Positions 25,901 through 38,600 of a stretch of 64,000 nucleotides of DNA are shown here, piece after piece. Made by a program: the position numbers and the translations under genes. The notes beneath the pieces are model-generated. The model was not told the origin of the DNA. It did no database searches and saw nothing but the letters and a program-made list of their open reading frames with translations. Position 1 is the first letter of the stretch, and each line of letters opens with the position of its first letter. This DNA is from Paragordius varius (Eukaryota > Animalia > Nematomorpha), in NCBI GenBank assembly GCA_964247055.1, contig OZ176051.1:8680001-8744000 (forward strand), given 5' to 3'.

Positions 25901-27246
25901 AAAAATATATTGGTAAAGGAAGTTACTTAAGGCACATGATATGAAACAACAGAAACAATGAAACTTTCTTTTATGCAAAACCATTTCATTAGATCCCCCT
26001 TCCAATAGCTGTTTTGGTGCGTTTTATGAATGGATGTAGGAAAAATTATAGATTTTTTATTTGGCTTAGTGGCTTCAAAAATTAGTCAATTTTTAAATAA
26101 TTTGCCGATTATGCTAAAAAATCTTTTGCTATCAAAAAAATAACAACAGTTTAATAAAAAAATAGTGCAACTAATATCGTTTTAGATAAAGAATAATAAC
26201 TATGCAAAATACATTTTTAAAGCCAAACATATCCATAATTATTAAATTATTAATGATAATGGTGTACTTTATGTTAAAAATTATAAAAAAAGATATTGTT
26301 AAACAGTTAATAGTACATAACTTTTAGAATATAGTTTCTCGAGATAGTTAAATTATATATTTTATCTTCAAAAGTTTTGATGCCGAAATACTGAACAGCT
26401 GAAGATACAAAAATATTTGGGAAGTTAATAAAATAATTTTAATTTAACACATATGGTGTATCCTGAAAAAAATATTGAATTAATTAAAAATTGATATTCA
26501 CATTTAGCCATTTTGAGTGCAAATAAAATGCATTTAAATATGATCCCGACAAACTCCCGAAGTCTTAAAATATTTATAAATAAAACCTTAAAATTGGATT
26601 AAATTTACGAATTTATTAATTTATCACTGTGTTTTTAATAGAAAAATAGTTTTAACATTAAGATGGTTAAAGTATCGGCCCACCCAATTTAAAATAGTTC
26701 CCAAAAAAATAGTCTTAAAATGAAAAATAGACCTAGATATTTTATTTATGCAAAAATTTTAGTTTCGCATGGGAAGAAACTTAGGGTTTTGTAACCCGAA
26801 CTGTATGGAATTATTAACGTTAATGAACACTAAGTTGATTCAAATTCAGATATATAATGGGTAAATTCAATGACAAATTGATCAATTTTTGAACAAAATA
26901 AATCTCCTTGGTCATTCACTTATTAGACGCAGTTGAAGTACGGCTGGAATATTCACTTTAAAAATTGTTTTGATTTAAGAATGTGAAATTTACTTTTTTC
27001 AATATATTTATTTTGTGCGCGATATTTGCCATTTATCGATTTTGGGTAAATGAGGAACCCATAAAAATTGCTACATAGCTCTCCTTATGCCTTAAAGCTT
27101 TTAATCATAATTTTATACGAACTAAGTTTTTATATTTACCGATCAATTACCTTAAGTAAACGGAAAAAAATATACTACTACTCACCTCTCTAACTGGTAA
27201 AAATGGTTGAGATTGTAAAATTGTGCTGTAGTTATGCTGCATAAAT
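22994..27246 (-). CDS. Unknown multi-exon gene, probably an extracellular glycoprotein with a possible PKD/Ig-like strand (incomplete model)
   Basis: Stop-free GT-AG exons: 25457-25292 (GRRIFLEYEY..QFNDE), 24727-24584 (AYIDVKTGMPETWPQYIC..KFLT), 24000-23850 (NDTCHYIKIKH..AKCN), 23358-23302 (VNNSEDSNLPDRNEYFDY), 23130-22994 (TYYAFTNQDHTWVRQGLYNIVVNARN..). Their phases chain 0-0-1-1. A further exon 27246-27186 needs an unidentified exon between it and 25457. Confidence 0.62.
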
Positions 27247-29191
27247 CTGAAAAATATAAAATAACATTGAATTAACATGTATTTAATTGAAAATACATCA
27301 AAGATATTACAAATATAAATTATTTTTAACATATATCAACAACAATAATAATATAACATATATACATTGAAAGATTTTGGAATTGGAAACAGATGTTGGA
27401 TTTATATCCTGGGTAGATATGTCGAATTCTAATCTGGGATCTTAATTTTAGATATTAAAAGTTTTTACCTGCTATAACATGGCTACGGATGATAAGATAT
27501 AAAAAGACTAGAAGCATGAGTAAAAGTTTATAAATAAGCCAATAACTTTGCAATGGTTGCAATTTTGTATAAATATTCATCATGATATTGTAAATAATTC
27601 ATAACGTTACAGTACACCGTCAATAAAATTAACAAAACATACATAAAAAGCTTATTTACCATTAAATATTAACGATTTTTATGATGATTTTTATTTTGTC
27701 CGAAATTGTAGCAGTATTAAAAATATGTTAACATAATTGAATATTCTGAGTTTATATAATATAAACGCGATCACTCTACCACACCCTATTGATAAACAAA
27801 AAAACTGCGATAAGCGATAAAAAAAATATCCAAATATGCTGAATAATGATTAAAGAATTTTATTGAATGTATATATAAATCCACTAATAATAAAATTTTC
27901 TGAAAGATTACATGCTATTAAATAAATCAGCGAACACTTTGTTTAAACATTGTCCATTTTCCCACCATTTTTGTTGACACTTGCAATATTGAAAATATAC
28001 ACATATATGATTAAATTCAGCCATATTCTAACATCAAAAGTTAAATACTGCATATAAACTGATACCGTATACAAAATTACTCCTTAAAATATTTTATTTT
28101 AATTTGTCATCTTTTTCGGTGAATCTAAGATAAATTCAAGAGCTGTTTTTTCTTCAAGCTGATAATAAAACATATTTTGTTGTCGAAAGATTTTTATAAA
28201 ACGAATTTTTATAGACCGTAGGCTAATAATACCTTCAAAAAACTTATCTTTTTTGGATAACATCGATTGTATTGTATTGCAAGATCGGTGAGTGATTTAA
28301 AATCATTAAAAATATTTTTGGTAAAACTAATTTATACAGACACTAAATAATTTTTTGAGAAAATCAGATATTAACGCATTATTAATTTTTTTTTAATTCT
28401 TGCATTATTTATTTTTAAGTGTGGCCTGGATTTTTTGCGTTATAATGCGGCTCGCGAAGCTATTAGTGTTTGGCACCCCTGGTTTTAACAATTTATAGAT
28501 ATTAGAAATCCGCACTGGATCAAGGATAAATTGTAAAGTATACTATACTTTTCAGCCGAAAGTTAGTTTTATTTTATTATAAAGCGTATTTACTCAAATC
28601 AAATCCTTTAAATAAAAACCGAAAAATGTTTAATTCAAGAAAGGATTGATTTTTCTTTTACTGTTAAAACGTTGCGTGCCGTTTTCTGCATTTCTTCCGT
28701 TTATTATAAAGCAATAATATCCTTATTACTGTATAAGATTGGGTTTTAATAAAACCCTCTTATTTTTCGATAATTTTAACATAAATACCGGCAACCTATT
28801 TTTTAATTAAAAATTTACGTATTCACTTAATATTATATTGATACAGTGTTTTTACACGAGTATTTCATTGACTTTGATTTTAAAATATTCAGGGGCATGT
28901 GTAATAAGATCGGTTGCGGAATTCAGTTTTTATTGTTATGGAGTGTTAATCTTTTTTAACCTAGAAAAAGTTGTTATTTTGTATAAGCTAATTGGTTTAT
29001 AACACTGTTAATTAAAAAAAGTACAATATGAGAGAAAGACCATAAGAGTTTCACGCTCCTAAAATTCCAAATACAATATATACAAAATGTACAAAAAATG
29101 CTTTTTTATTTTATAATTTAATATGTTCATTTTAAAATGTATAATTATTGCAACCATTTAATTTGGATTTGAAATACGCTGCTATATAATT

Positions 29192-31090
29192 TCAATTTTT
29201 TAATTTTTCCTTTTTGTCTATATCATATGTGGATAGAACGCGAGCAGAAGGATCCACTAACCTAATCCGTTCATGTTCCGGAAACCAATCTAGTCTAGGC
29301 ATCCAATTTTTAGTAACAAGCGATGGATGATTGGGAAACAAATCATCATATATTTTTCTATAATAATACGCTTCTTTTGTTAATGGTTTAGGTGAACTGA
29401 GATGTTGAATCTTTTCATTGAATTCTGAATCGGAAACTAATGTATTTATTTTCGCAATTAGTTGCTCCCTAAAACTGTAATTAACACCGTCGGAAAATGC
29501 TTCCTTTTTACGCCATAAAACATCATCTGGTAAATAATCTCCTTCTTCAAATGCTTTTCGCAATATATATTTTTCCATACGATTATATATTCCTCCATGC
29601 ATTTTTAATTGAGCTGGAATACGAAAGAGCACATATGGAAAAAGTTTTATGTCCAAGAATGGTTCTCTCATTTCCAAACCAAAATATGAAAGGGTTCTAT
29701 CCGCGCGCAATGCATCAAATTGATATAAATTACGGCAAAGATTAATAACTTCTTCAGAGAATTCATCTGCATTGGGCGCTTTTTTTAAATAACTGTAAGA
29801 ACCGAAAATTTCTTCTGCTCCTTCACCTGACATTAGAACTTTTACATTAGTTTGATTTCGTATATATTTCGCCATTATAAATTGAGGAATACTGGCACGT
29901 ACTGTAGTACAGTCCCAACTTCCAAGAGCCCATATTACTTCAGGAATACATTTGAAAGCTTCATCAAAACTAAATTCTATACGATGGTGCTTTGTACCTA
30001 ACTTATCAGCGACCTTCTGTGCATATTCTAGGTCAGGCGAGTAAGAAATGCCTGCTTGACACTTCATACCCACTGAGAATGTTTGAAGGTTATTTAAGCG
30101 CTCCTGACACACACATTTACACACCGTATCAGATGTAAAACTTTCTCTGTCAAAATAATTCTTTTTATGATTTTTACGACTTTTATTACGACCATGATTG
30201 GTTAATTCCGAAATATGTTACCGCATACCTTTGTTCATATACCGTTTGCTTGTTTTCTTGCTTAGATGGCATTTTGAAGAATGTAAAATAATTTTAGTTG
30301 CATAAAATCTGCTTGCTATACTTGTTATGATGCTGGAATCTAAGCCTCCAGATAAAAGACATCCAATGGGTCGGTCACTGATCATTCTTTTTTTAACTGA
30401 TTGAATCAGATATTTTTTAACTGTAGACATAATAGCCTTTTCATCAGTAAAACAAAGGGGAGCTAAGTCAATTCGATCCACCCCATGATACCAATCAAAA
30501 AAAGCATGGTATGTGAGACCTTTGTCTGATGAAACATGTTCCATAACACTGTGGACAACAAATGTTCCTGGTTTAAAGCGCTCAATTCTTACAGGATTAA
30601 GGCCAAAAAGTGCTTTTTCTTCGGATGCAAATGACAATTCCCCGTCAGTTAAATATGCAACAAACAATGGTCTTACGCCTATTATATCTGTACCAGCTAT
30701 AATTTTATCATGATCCCAGATGACAAAGGCATAAACAAAATCAAGTTCTCGCACCATGGTTTCAACCCCAAAATCATGGTATAAATGTAACATAACATCC
30801 GAATCATTCTTTCCTGATAAGGGATATTGATAAGTATTTCGAATAGTTTTGTAATTATAAATTATGCCATTCGTAACAATAATTTGTTGCGGGTCTTCCG
30901 GGTGATATATGGGCTGGTGTTCAATGATAGCGCTATCAATAATAACTAAGCGATGAAATCCAAACACTACATTAGGGCAAATGTTTATAATTTTACTGTT
31001 ATCAGGCCCTCGATGCCGAATTTTATCAAAGTGAGGCTTGAGATCTTTAGCTGAATATTTGGTTCCTATATAGACGAATATTCCGCACAT
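29192..31090 (-). CDS. ASNS: Asparagine synthetase (glutamine-hydrolysing), one in-frame TAA at 30218-30220 (probable intron or nonsense allele)
   Basis: Ntn domain: MCGIF (Cys nucleophile), HRGPD, HRLVIID, QP, NGIIYN, IGVRPLF, FASEEK. Synthetase domain: CLLSGGLDSS, TFSVG, SPDL, TTVRAS, SGEGAEEIFGSY, LRADR, PFLD, EKYILRKAF, LWRKKEAFSDGV, TKEAYYYR, DPSARVL. Both ORF-track pieces are in the same frame. Confidence 0.93.
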
Positions 31091-32622
31091 ATTATTTGTT
31101 GCAAAATCAATTATTACTTAATCGAAATTCGTAGCTTATAAATCGTTTTATTGAACAAACGTTTAAATTAGCCAAAAATTGGAGTAATAGTAAACATTTT
31201 TTTGAAAATGAATTTGACCTTGTAACTAATGGACATACAAGTTAATTACATTGGATTCAAAAAAACAACACTCTAATTTAATGCATGTTTTTATTCCAAA
31301 AAAATCTACTTTGTACAATATGGAATTAGTTTATTGGAATTCAGCGATATGCTCTCAGAGTATGCAGGATAGATATAAATTAGGCACAAATAGAAAACAG
31401 TCTAGTTTCTAAATTTTATTTGAAGAAACATTATAAGTTCCCATAATTGTTTTCAGGAGCCCTAAAATTTTAGAAGCCAGCCAAAATATACACAATCGAA
31501 TCTTTCGCATTTTTCGGTCGATATAATTAACAACTAAAGGTGTAACATGCTTCCTAATGTTTATACTGTAGATATCCTAATTCTTACAGTTTGAAATATT
31601 TTAAGAAAATCTAAAGAAAATAACAAAAAATACTGTGCGCCATGAACCGGATAAAAATATTAAAGCACATATCATTTGACTTTGGAAAATTTGCCTTTGG
31701 GTTTGGTCTTTTAATATAGACTTTTAAGTGATAGCCTATTTCAACTACTCGAAAAGATTTATATCTTAACACATAATTTTAATGATACTTTCCTATTACT
31801 CGATTTGTAAATGCAATTTTTGGATTAAATTCAACAAGACATTAAAATTTTTTTCTTACACAGTGCACCCGAGGCAATATAATAATATTTTAATATAGAT
31901 AATCAAATAGGTTAACATGGTGCTTATGATTTGGCCTTTTTATATATATCTTGGAGTGTTTTTTACATTTACCCCACCATGCGAAAAATACGCTTCACAA
32001 TTTTTCTCATAAAACTTTTAAGCAAAGTATACACAATAATAACTTTTTTTGACGTGAGGCATATATAATTACCACAAAATCTCGGAATATGCATGTTCCT
32101 TAAGAACGTAAAAACATTCTATGAATCCGAACATTTAAAAATTTAAATGTAATTAAATATAATTTTGCTTTTACAGTTATGATATATCTGAAAGATATTT
32201 TTGGATTGAGACAGTTAACTTCACCAATTTTTTTTTAAAACTTATTATGCGCTATTTGCAATTTTATGAAGAAATTTTAAAAGTACATATAGATAATTTA
32301 TCTGGCTCAAAACACACTCTAAGATTTAAATATTTGATGATCGAGATACTTTTTGTGTTATTATCAAGTCATAAGCTCGAATATATTGTATATATTAGAA
32401 ATATTTTATCCCCCTATTATATGATCCATGTATTTTAGCAGATTTTCGTTATTAGGTTTTGTAGTAATAGTATAATTTAAAAAATCGTAAAGTTATTTTC
32501 AGCGGTATTTAAACCATTAACTATCGCATAAGATAACTATCCTTTAATTTTTTTAGAAAATTACACTAAAATAAACGAACTATTTCCATAATTTAAGAGC
32601 AATATATTATTTTGATTTTAAA

Positions 32623-35600
32623 TCAAAGAATTTGAATTCGTGGAGAATTTTTCGGTGATACAGATTTCATATTGCTGGTTTCCGTCTTTTCATCAACGGC
32701 AATGTTTTGACTGTACGATTCTGCAGTGGAATTCACACTTAACAGAATTTGCAGTTGAGTAATAATTTTCTATAAAAATAATAAATGTAATTTGATAAAA
32801 ATCCCAACATTCAAAAAAATTAATTTCGCAATGTTGTAGCCAAATGAGTGATGAAAAAATTTATATGAAAATTAGAAAATAATCCATGTACAATTTTTTA
32901 TTGTATAATATTTAAATTTTAAAGCCTAAATGAATTTTATTATTCAAAAAGCACGTCAAAAATTGAATACTTCAAAACTTACAAATAGGATTAAATTTTA
33001 TAGATTATAATAAATGACAACGACCGCAATTAATTAGAAAAAATGGTTAATAATTTAAGTTACATATATATTAATATCTCCTGAGAAACACAATATATAT
33101 CATATTGAACGATGATATTATTATCAAACGGCACAATAAATTACATATTTAAAGCTTTATGACCTTTTGGGGTGTTTTATAACCTATAGCGATTCGAAAT
33201 TTAAATACCGGATATAAAAATATGCTTTCTTTAACCATTTGGGCGCATAGTTTAAAAATTATTGATGTAAAACTGTAAAAAAACTCATCTCAAACTTTTT
33301 CGCCGTTATTTTTTTCTTTTAATTTTTTTATCTCGCTAATATAGTGGGCAAATAAATGTATATTATGGCTTTCAGGTTTCATTTTACCAGCAAAAACTTA
33401 ATATTTCGCGATTTTAAAATCTGCTGTTTTTAATCGTGTTTTGGTGCTGTCCCAATTTTTTAATCTAGTCATTCTAATCGAAACTGTAAAAATTTCAAGT
33501 TTTTTTTATACAAGAGAACAATGTTTAATTATTAAATTTAACTAAATATTTTTCAAAACTGTAATTTATATGCAACAGGATTAAAAACCACCCCAATATG
33601 TCATCGCGGAAAAAATGAAAAGGACATGAAGTTTTTAATGGTGAAAATGATTACTTACCTCAACAACAGAAAAGAAAAAAATATTGTATGATACTATTGA
33701 ATATTAAAGTTTTTAAAACAAAAAATAGCAAAAACAAATTGTTTTTCAGCTATAGAGGGGTTTTAAAGGTTCGTTTACCTATTAAATTTATTTTACCCTA
33801 AGTAATAACTAAACAATAATCCGGTAATTTTTTTAACCTTATTAACTAAAATATATGATGCAAGATTTTAGTTCAACGCTTTAATTTGTTGCCTCCAGCA
33901 AATATATTATGAAAAATTTACACAGTGCACACTAAAAGATAAACATGAGTTTTATCTAGAATTCACTTGGAAAATGAGACCCCAAAAATTTAGGGGCAAA
34001 AGTGCGCCCTTAAAATGGAAATCTTCCATTATTTAATTTTTATCTATAAATAGATTTTTGTCCATATTTTTTAAACTTATTGAGCAAACACGATAAAACT
34101 TTTATACATTATATAAAACCTAATATATTCTTAAGAAAAATACAAAAAATTTAAAGTATCAATAAATTTTTTAATTCCACAAAAATAGAAATTCGTAAAT
34201 TTTATGACATAGTCGAAATATGTTTAAAAAAATTATTTGTAAAAACTCCACAATGTTATTATTATTTAAGTTTATGACTTATATTAAACATAACAAAGAG
34301 TTGGTATGTCTAATAAAGGCTATGTATCTTTTTAATCCCTCAAAAAATTTGTATTTTTTGGAATATTTTCGATATTTTTATTTTATTTTCCTCACATGCT
34401 TCTCAATGTTTCATAACAACATAAAGCCGTAATTTTCAAATGCGAATTCAGAAAAAACCAGCAAAATTCCAAAATTGAAATTCCCATTACTTTACTTTGG
34501 AATTGTTAATATACTATTTAATCTATAGACAATAAATTTAATTAAAGACCTTTTGATATGCTGAAGGCAGCATCGGAAATATAAATAGCGTTATTTGCTA
34601 ATTAAATAGTTACCTGCTATACAATATATTTAGCTTATTAAGGAAAATTCTATTGTAAAGAATAATATAAATGCCAGATTGAGTTTCACGTAATGGAATT
34701 ATCCTTGCACCAAAATTATTCTGACATTTTCAAATAATCTACTTCCAGAAACTCAATTGCTCAAATTTTAAATCAAACAAAAGTCCAAAACAGCACTTAT
34801 TACGATCATATATATTGAAAAACTGATAATAAATGGATTTGATTTTTATTCAATAGAATTTTTAGCTTTTTTTACATCCAAAAATATATAATTAGGTTTC
34901 TACATTTTATAAAAATGTTCCGGTCTTACCATGATAGTGTCAAATACAAACATCGTTTGCAAAAATTGCTCCTGCAATCTCTTCAAACACTCCCAACCAT
35001 TCGATACACAATAATTCTGATTATGAAACAGTTGTTCAATTCAAATATCTAGGTCACATCATTCCAACGGTGGCGTAACTGAGGCTATCAAGATAGAATC
35101 ACACAAACATGGAAAAGTTACCATGCACTCAAACATATTATAAATAATAAATACATTAAGCTAGAAACCAAAGGACAACTCTACTGTACAGTTAAAAGAC
35201 CGGTGTGGACATACGCCTCAGAGTGTGGGCCAATGACGGCAACAAACGGTAAAACATTACAATTTTCCGAATGTAAAATATTAAACAATCCTATTTGCTC
35301 ATAATCCTATACTATATAATTATAATAATACATTTGACCCTTACCTTATATTCGAAACATCGAACACATTCTAAAGATAAACCGCTTAGGATATGCAGGC
35401 CATATCCACCGGCGTCCACAAGAACACCCCTTACAATACATGCTTTACTACACCGCTTCAACAAAAAATAAAAGGGGCCGACCCTTTAAAGATTGGTCAA
35501 AAACGATAAATGAAGATATGATGATTTGCAACTTAAACATTAATGATGCGCTCGATCGCACTTCAATACGACAGCTTCAAATCTGAAAATAGTCTAACCC

Positions 35601-38600
35601 AACAACAACACTTCAAATACATATAAGAATTATATTTTATTTATACACAATGAATACATTATTCAGACATAAAATGGTTCCAATAGTATTCATCAATCAT
35701 ATGGACATTATTGGAACTATAGTTTTTTTCTATTTGTTTGAGCGTTTGATGGAACCGTTCTCCATTCTGGTCTGTAGCCCTCCGCCGGGGGAATTCATCA
35801 AAATGGTTATCCACAAGATGTACTTTTATGGACATATTAGCACCTAAAAATAAATAAATAACATTAAATGTTAAAGATAAGTTTTAAAAAATTATATATT
35901 TACCTAGGACTTTAAAGGAATCTGGTACTTCTGCTCCTAGAGAGACATAATCTATAGATTTAAAATCAAAAATTCTCTGTTGAAAGTTTTAAATGCATTA
36001 AATGCTCTTTTTTCAACAGGATTCATTATGTTGTTAAAGGCCTCCGATTTAAATAATATTTCTATTTGAGGTCCAGTTAAATATCCTGTCGACAATTTGA
36101 TTGGATTGATTTTAAATATATTTAAACAAAATAAATAGGCTGGTCCTTCTCTATTCATATTAATTATAAAAGTTCAAGCTAGAACCAATTTTATATGCAA
36201 GGGAGGAATAATCAGGTTATCCATATGCCGCGGTTTGAAAGGCGGGTACCCTGCGTACGCCTGTCTTTTTTGCCTCTTAAATCTAAAGATAAAGAAAACC
36301 ATTATAATCCACACCATTTATACCATCCTAGAACGGATGATGTCATAGGTATGTTTAAATTTAAAATACAAGGTACTTACAGCCTGGACAGAATCCCATT
36401 GATTCATATGGATCCTGATTATTCCTCCCCTGCATATAAAATTGGGTCTAGCCCGAACTTTTATAATTAATATGAATAAGGAAGGACCAGCCTATTTATT
36501 TTATTTAAATATATTTAAAATCAATCCAATCAAATTGTCGGCAGGATATTTAACTGGACCTCAAATAGAAATATTATTTAAATCGAAGGCCTTTAACAAC
36601 ATAATGAATCCTGTTGAAAAAAGAGCATTTAATGCATTAGAAAACTTTCAGCAGAATTTTTGGAAATTTTAAACCTATAGATTATGTCTCTCTAGGAGCA
36701 GAAGTAGCAGATTCCTTTAAAGTCCTTGGTAAATATTTAATTTTTTAAAACTTATCTTTAACATTTAATGTTATTTATTTATTTTTAGGTGCTAATATGT
36801 CCATAAAACTACATCTTGTGGATAACCATTTTGATAAATTCCCCCGGCGGAGGGCTACAGACCAAAATGGAGAACGGTTCCATCAAACGCTCAAACAAAT
36901 AGAAAAAAACTATAGTTCCAATAATATCCATATGATTGATGAATACTATTGGAACCATTTTATGTCTGAATAATGTATTCATTGTGTATAAATAAAATAA
37001 AATTCTTATATGTATTTGAAGTGTTGTTGTTGGGTTAGACTATTTTCAGATTTGAAGCTGTCGTATTGAAGTGCGATCGAGCGCATCATTAATGTTTAAG
37101 TTGCAAATCATCATATCTTCATTTATCGTTTTTGACCAATCTTTAAAGGGTCGGCCCCTTTTATTTTTTGTTGAAGCGGTGTAGTTAAGCATGGATTGTA
37201 GGGGTGTTCCTGTGGACGCCGGTGGATATGGCCTGCATATCCTAAGCGGTTTATCTTTAGAATTTGTTCGATGTTTGGAATATAAGGTAAGGGTCAAATG
37301 TATTATTATAATTATATAGTATAGGATTATGAGCAAATAGGATTGTGTTTAATATTTGACATTCGGAAAATTGTAATGTTTTACAGTTTGTTGCCGTCAT
37401 TGGCCCACACTCTGAGGCGTATGTCCACACCGGTCTTATAACTGTTGAGTAGAGTTGTCCTTTGATTATTTATAATATGTTTGAGTGCATGGTAACTTTT
37501 CCATGTTTGTGTGATTCTATCTTTGATAGCCCCAGTTACGCCATCGTTGGCAGTAATGATGTGACCTAGATATTTGAATTGAACAACTGTTTCATAATCA
37601 GAATTATTGTGTATCGAATGGTTGGGAGTGTTTAAAGAGATGTTGCAGGAGCAATTTTTGCAAACGATGATTGTTTTTGACAATATCATGGTAAGACCGG
37701 AACATTTTTATAAAATTTTGTAGAAACCTATTTATATATTTATTCTTAAATGTAAAAAAGCTGAAAATTCTATTGAATAAAAATCAAATCCATTTATTAT
37801 CAGTTTTTCAATATATATAATCGTAATAATTGCTGTTTTGGACTTTTGTTTGATTTACAATTTGAGCAATTGAGTTTCTGAAAGTAGATTATTTAAAAAT
37901 GTCAGAATAATTTTGCAAGGATAATTCCATTACGTGAAACTCAATCTGGCATTAATATTATTCTTTACAATAGAATTTTCCTTAATAAGCTAAATATATT
38001 GTAAAGCAGGTAACTATTTAATTAGCAAATAAGGCTATTTATATTTCCGATGCTGCCTTCAGCATATCAAAAGGTCTTTAATTAAATTTTTGTCTAGAGA
38101 ATAAATAGTATATAAACATTTATCCAAAGTAAAGTAATGGAAATTTCAATTTTGGAATTTTGCTGGTTTTTTCTGTATTCGCATTTGAAAATTGCGGCTT
38201 TATGTTGTTATGAAACAATCAGAAGCATGTGAGGAAAATAAAATAAAAATAACGAAAATATTCCAAAAAATACAAATTTTTTGAGGGATTAAAAAGATAC
38301 ATAGCCTTTATTAGACATACCAACTCTTTGTTATGTTTAATATAAGTCATAAACTTAAATAATAATAACAATATGGAGTTTTTACAAATATGTCATAAAA
38401 TTTACGAATTTCTATTTTTGTGGAATTAAAAAATTTATTGATACTTTAAATTTTTTGTATTTTTCTTAAGAATATATTAGGTTTTATATAATGTATAAAA
38501 GTTTTATCGTGTTTGCTCAATAAGTTTTAAAAATATGGACAAAAATCTATTTATAGACAAAAATAAAAAAATGGAAGATTTCCATTTTGGGGCGCATTTT

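Noticed and set aside
30218-30220. Selenocysteine/pyrrolysine recoding or an alternative nuclear code in ASNS
   Set aside because: The codon is TAA, not TGA or TAG. TAA terminates clpP and the GNAT normally, and in-frame GT-AG introns can remove it.
31100-31125. Mimivirus-type early promoter AAAATTGA upstream of ASNS
   Set aside because: There is only a one-mismatch match (ATAATTGA), which is expected by chance at this AT content.
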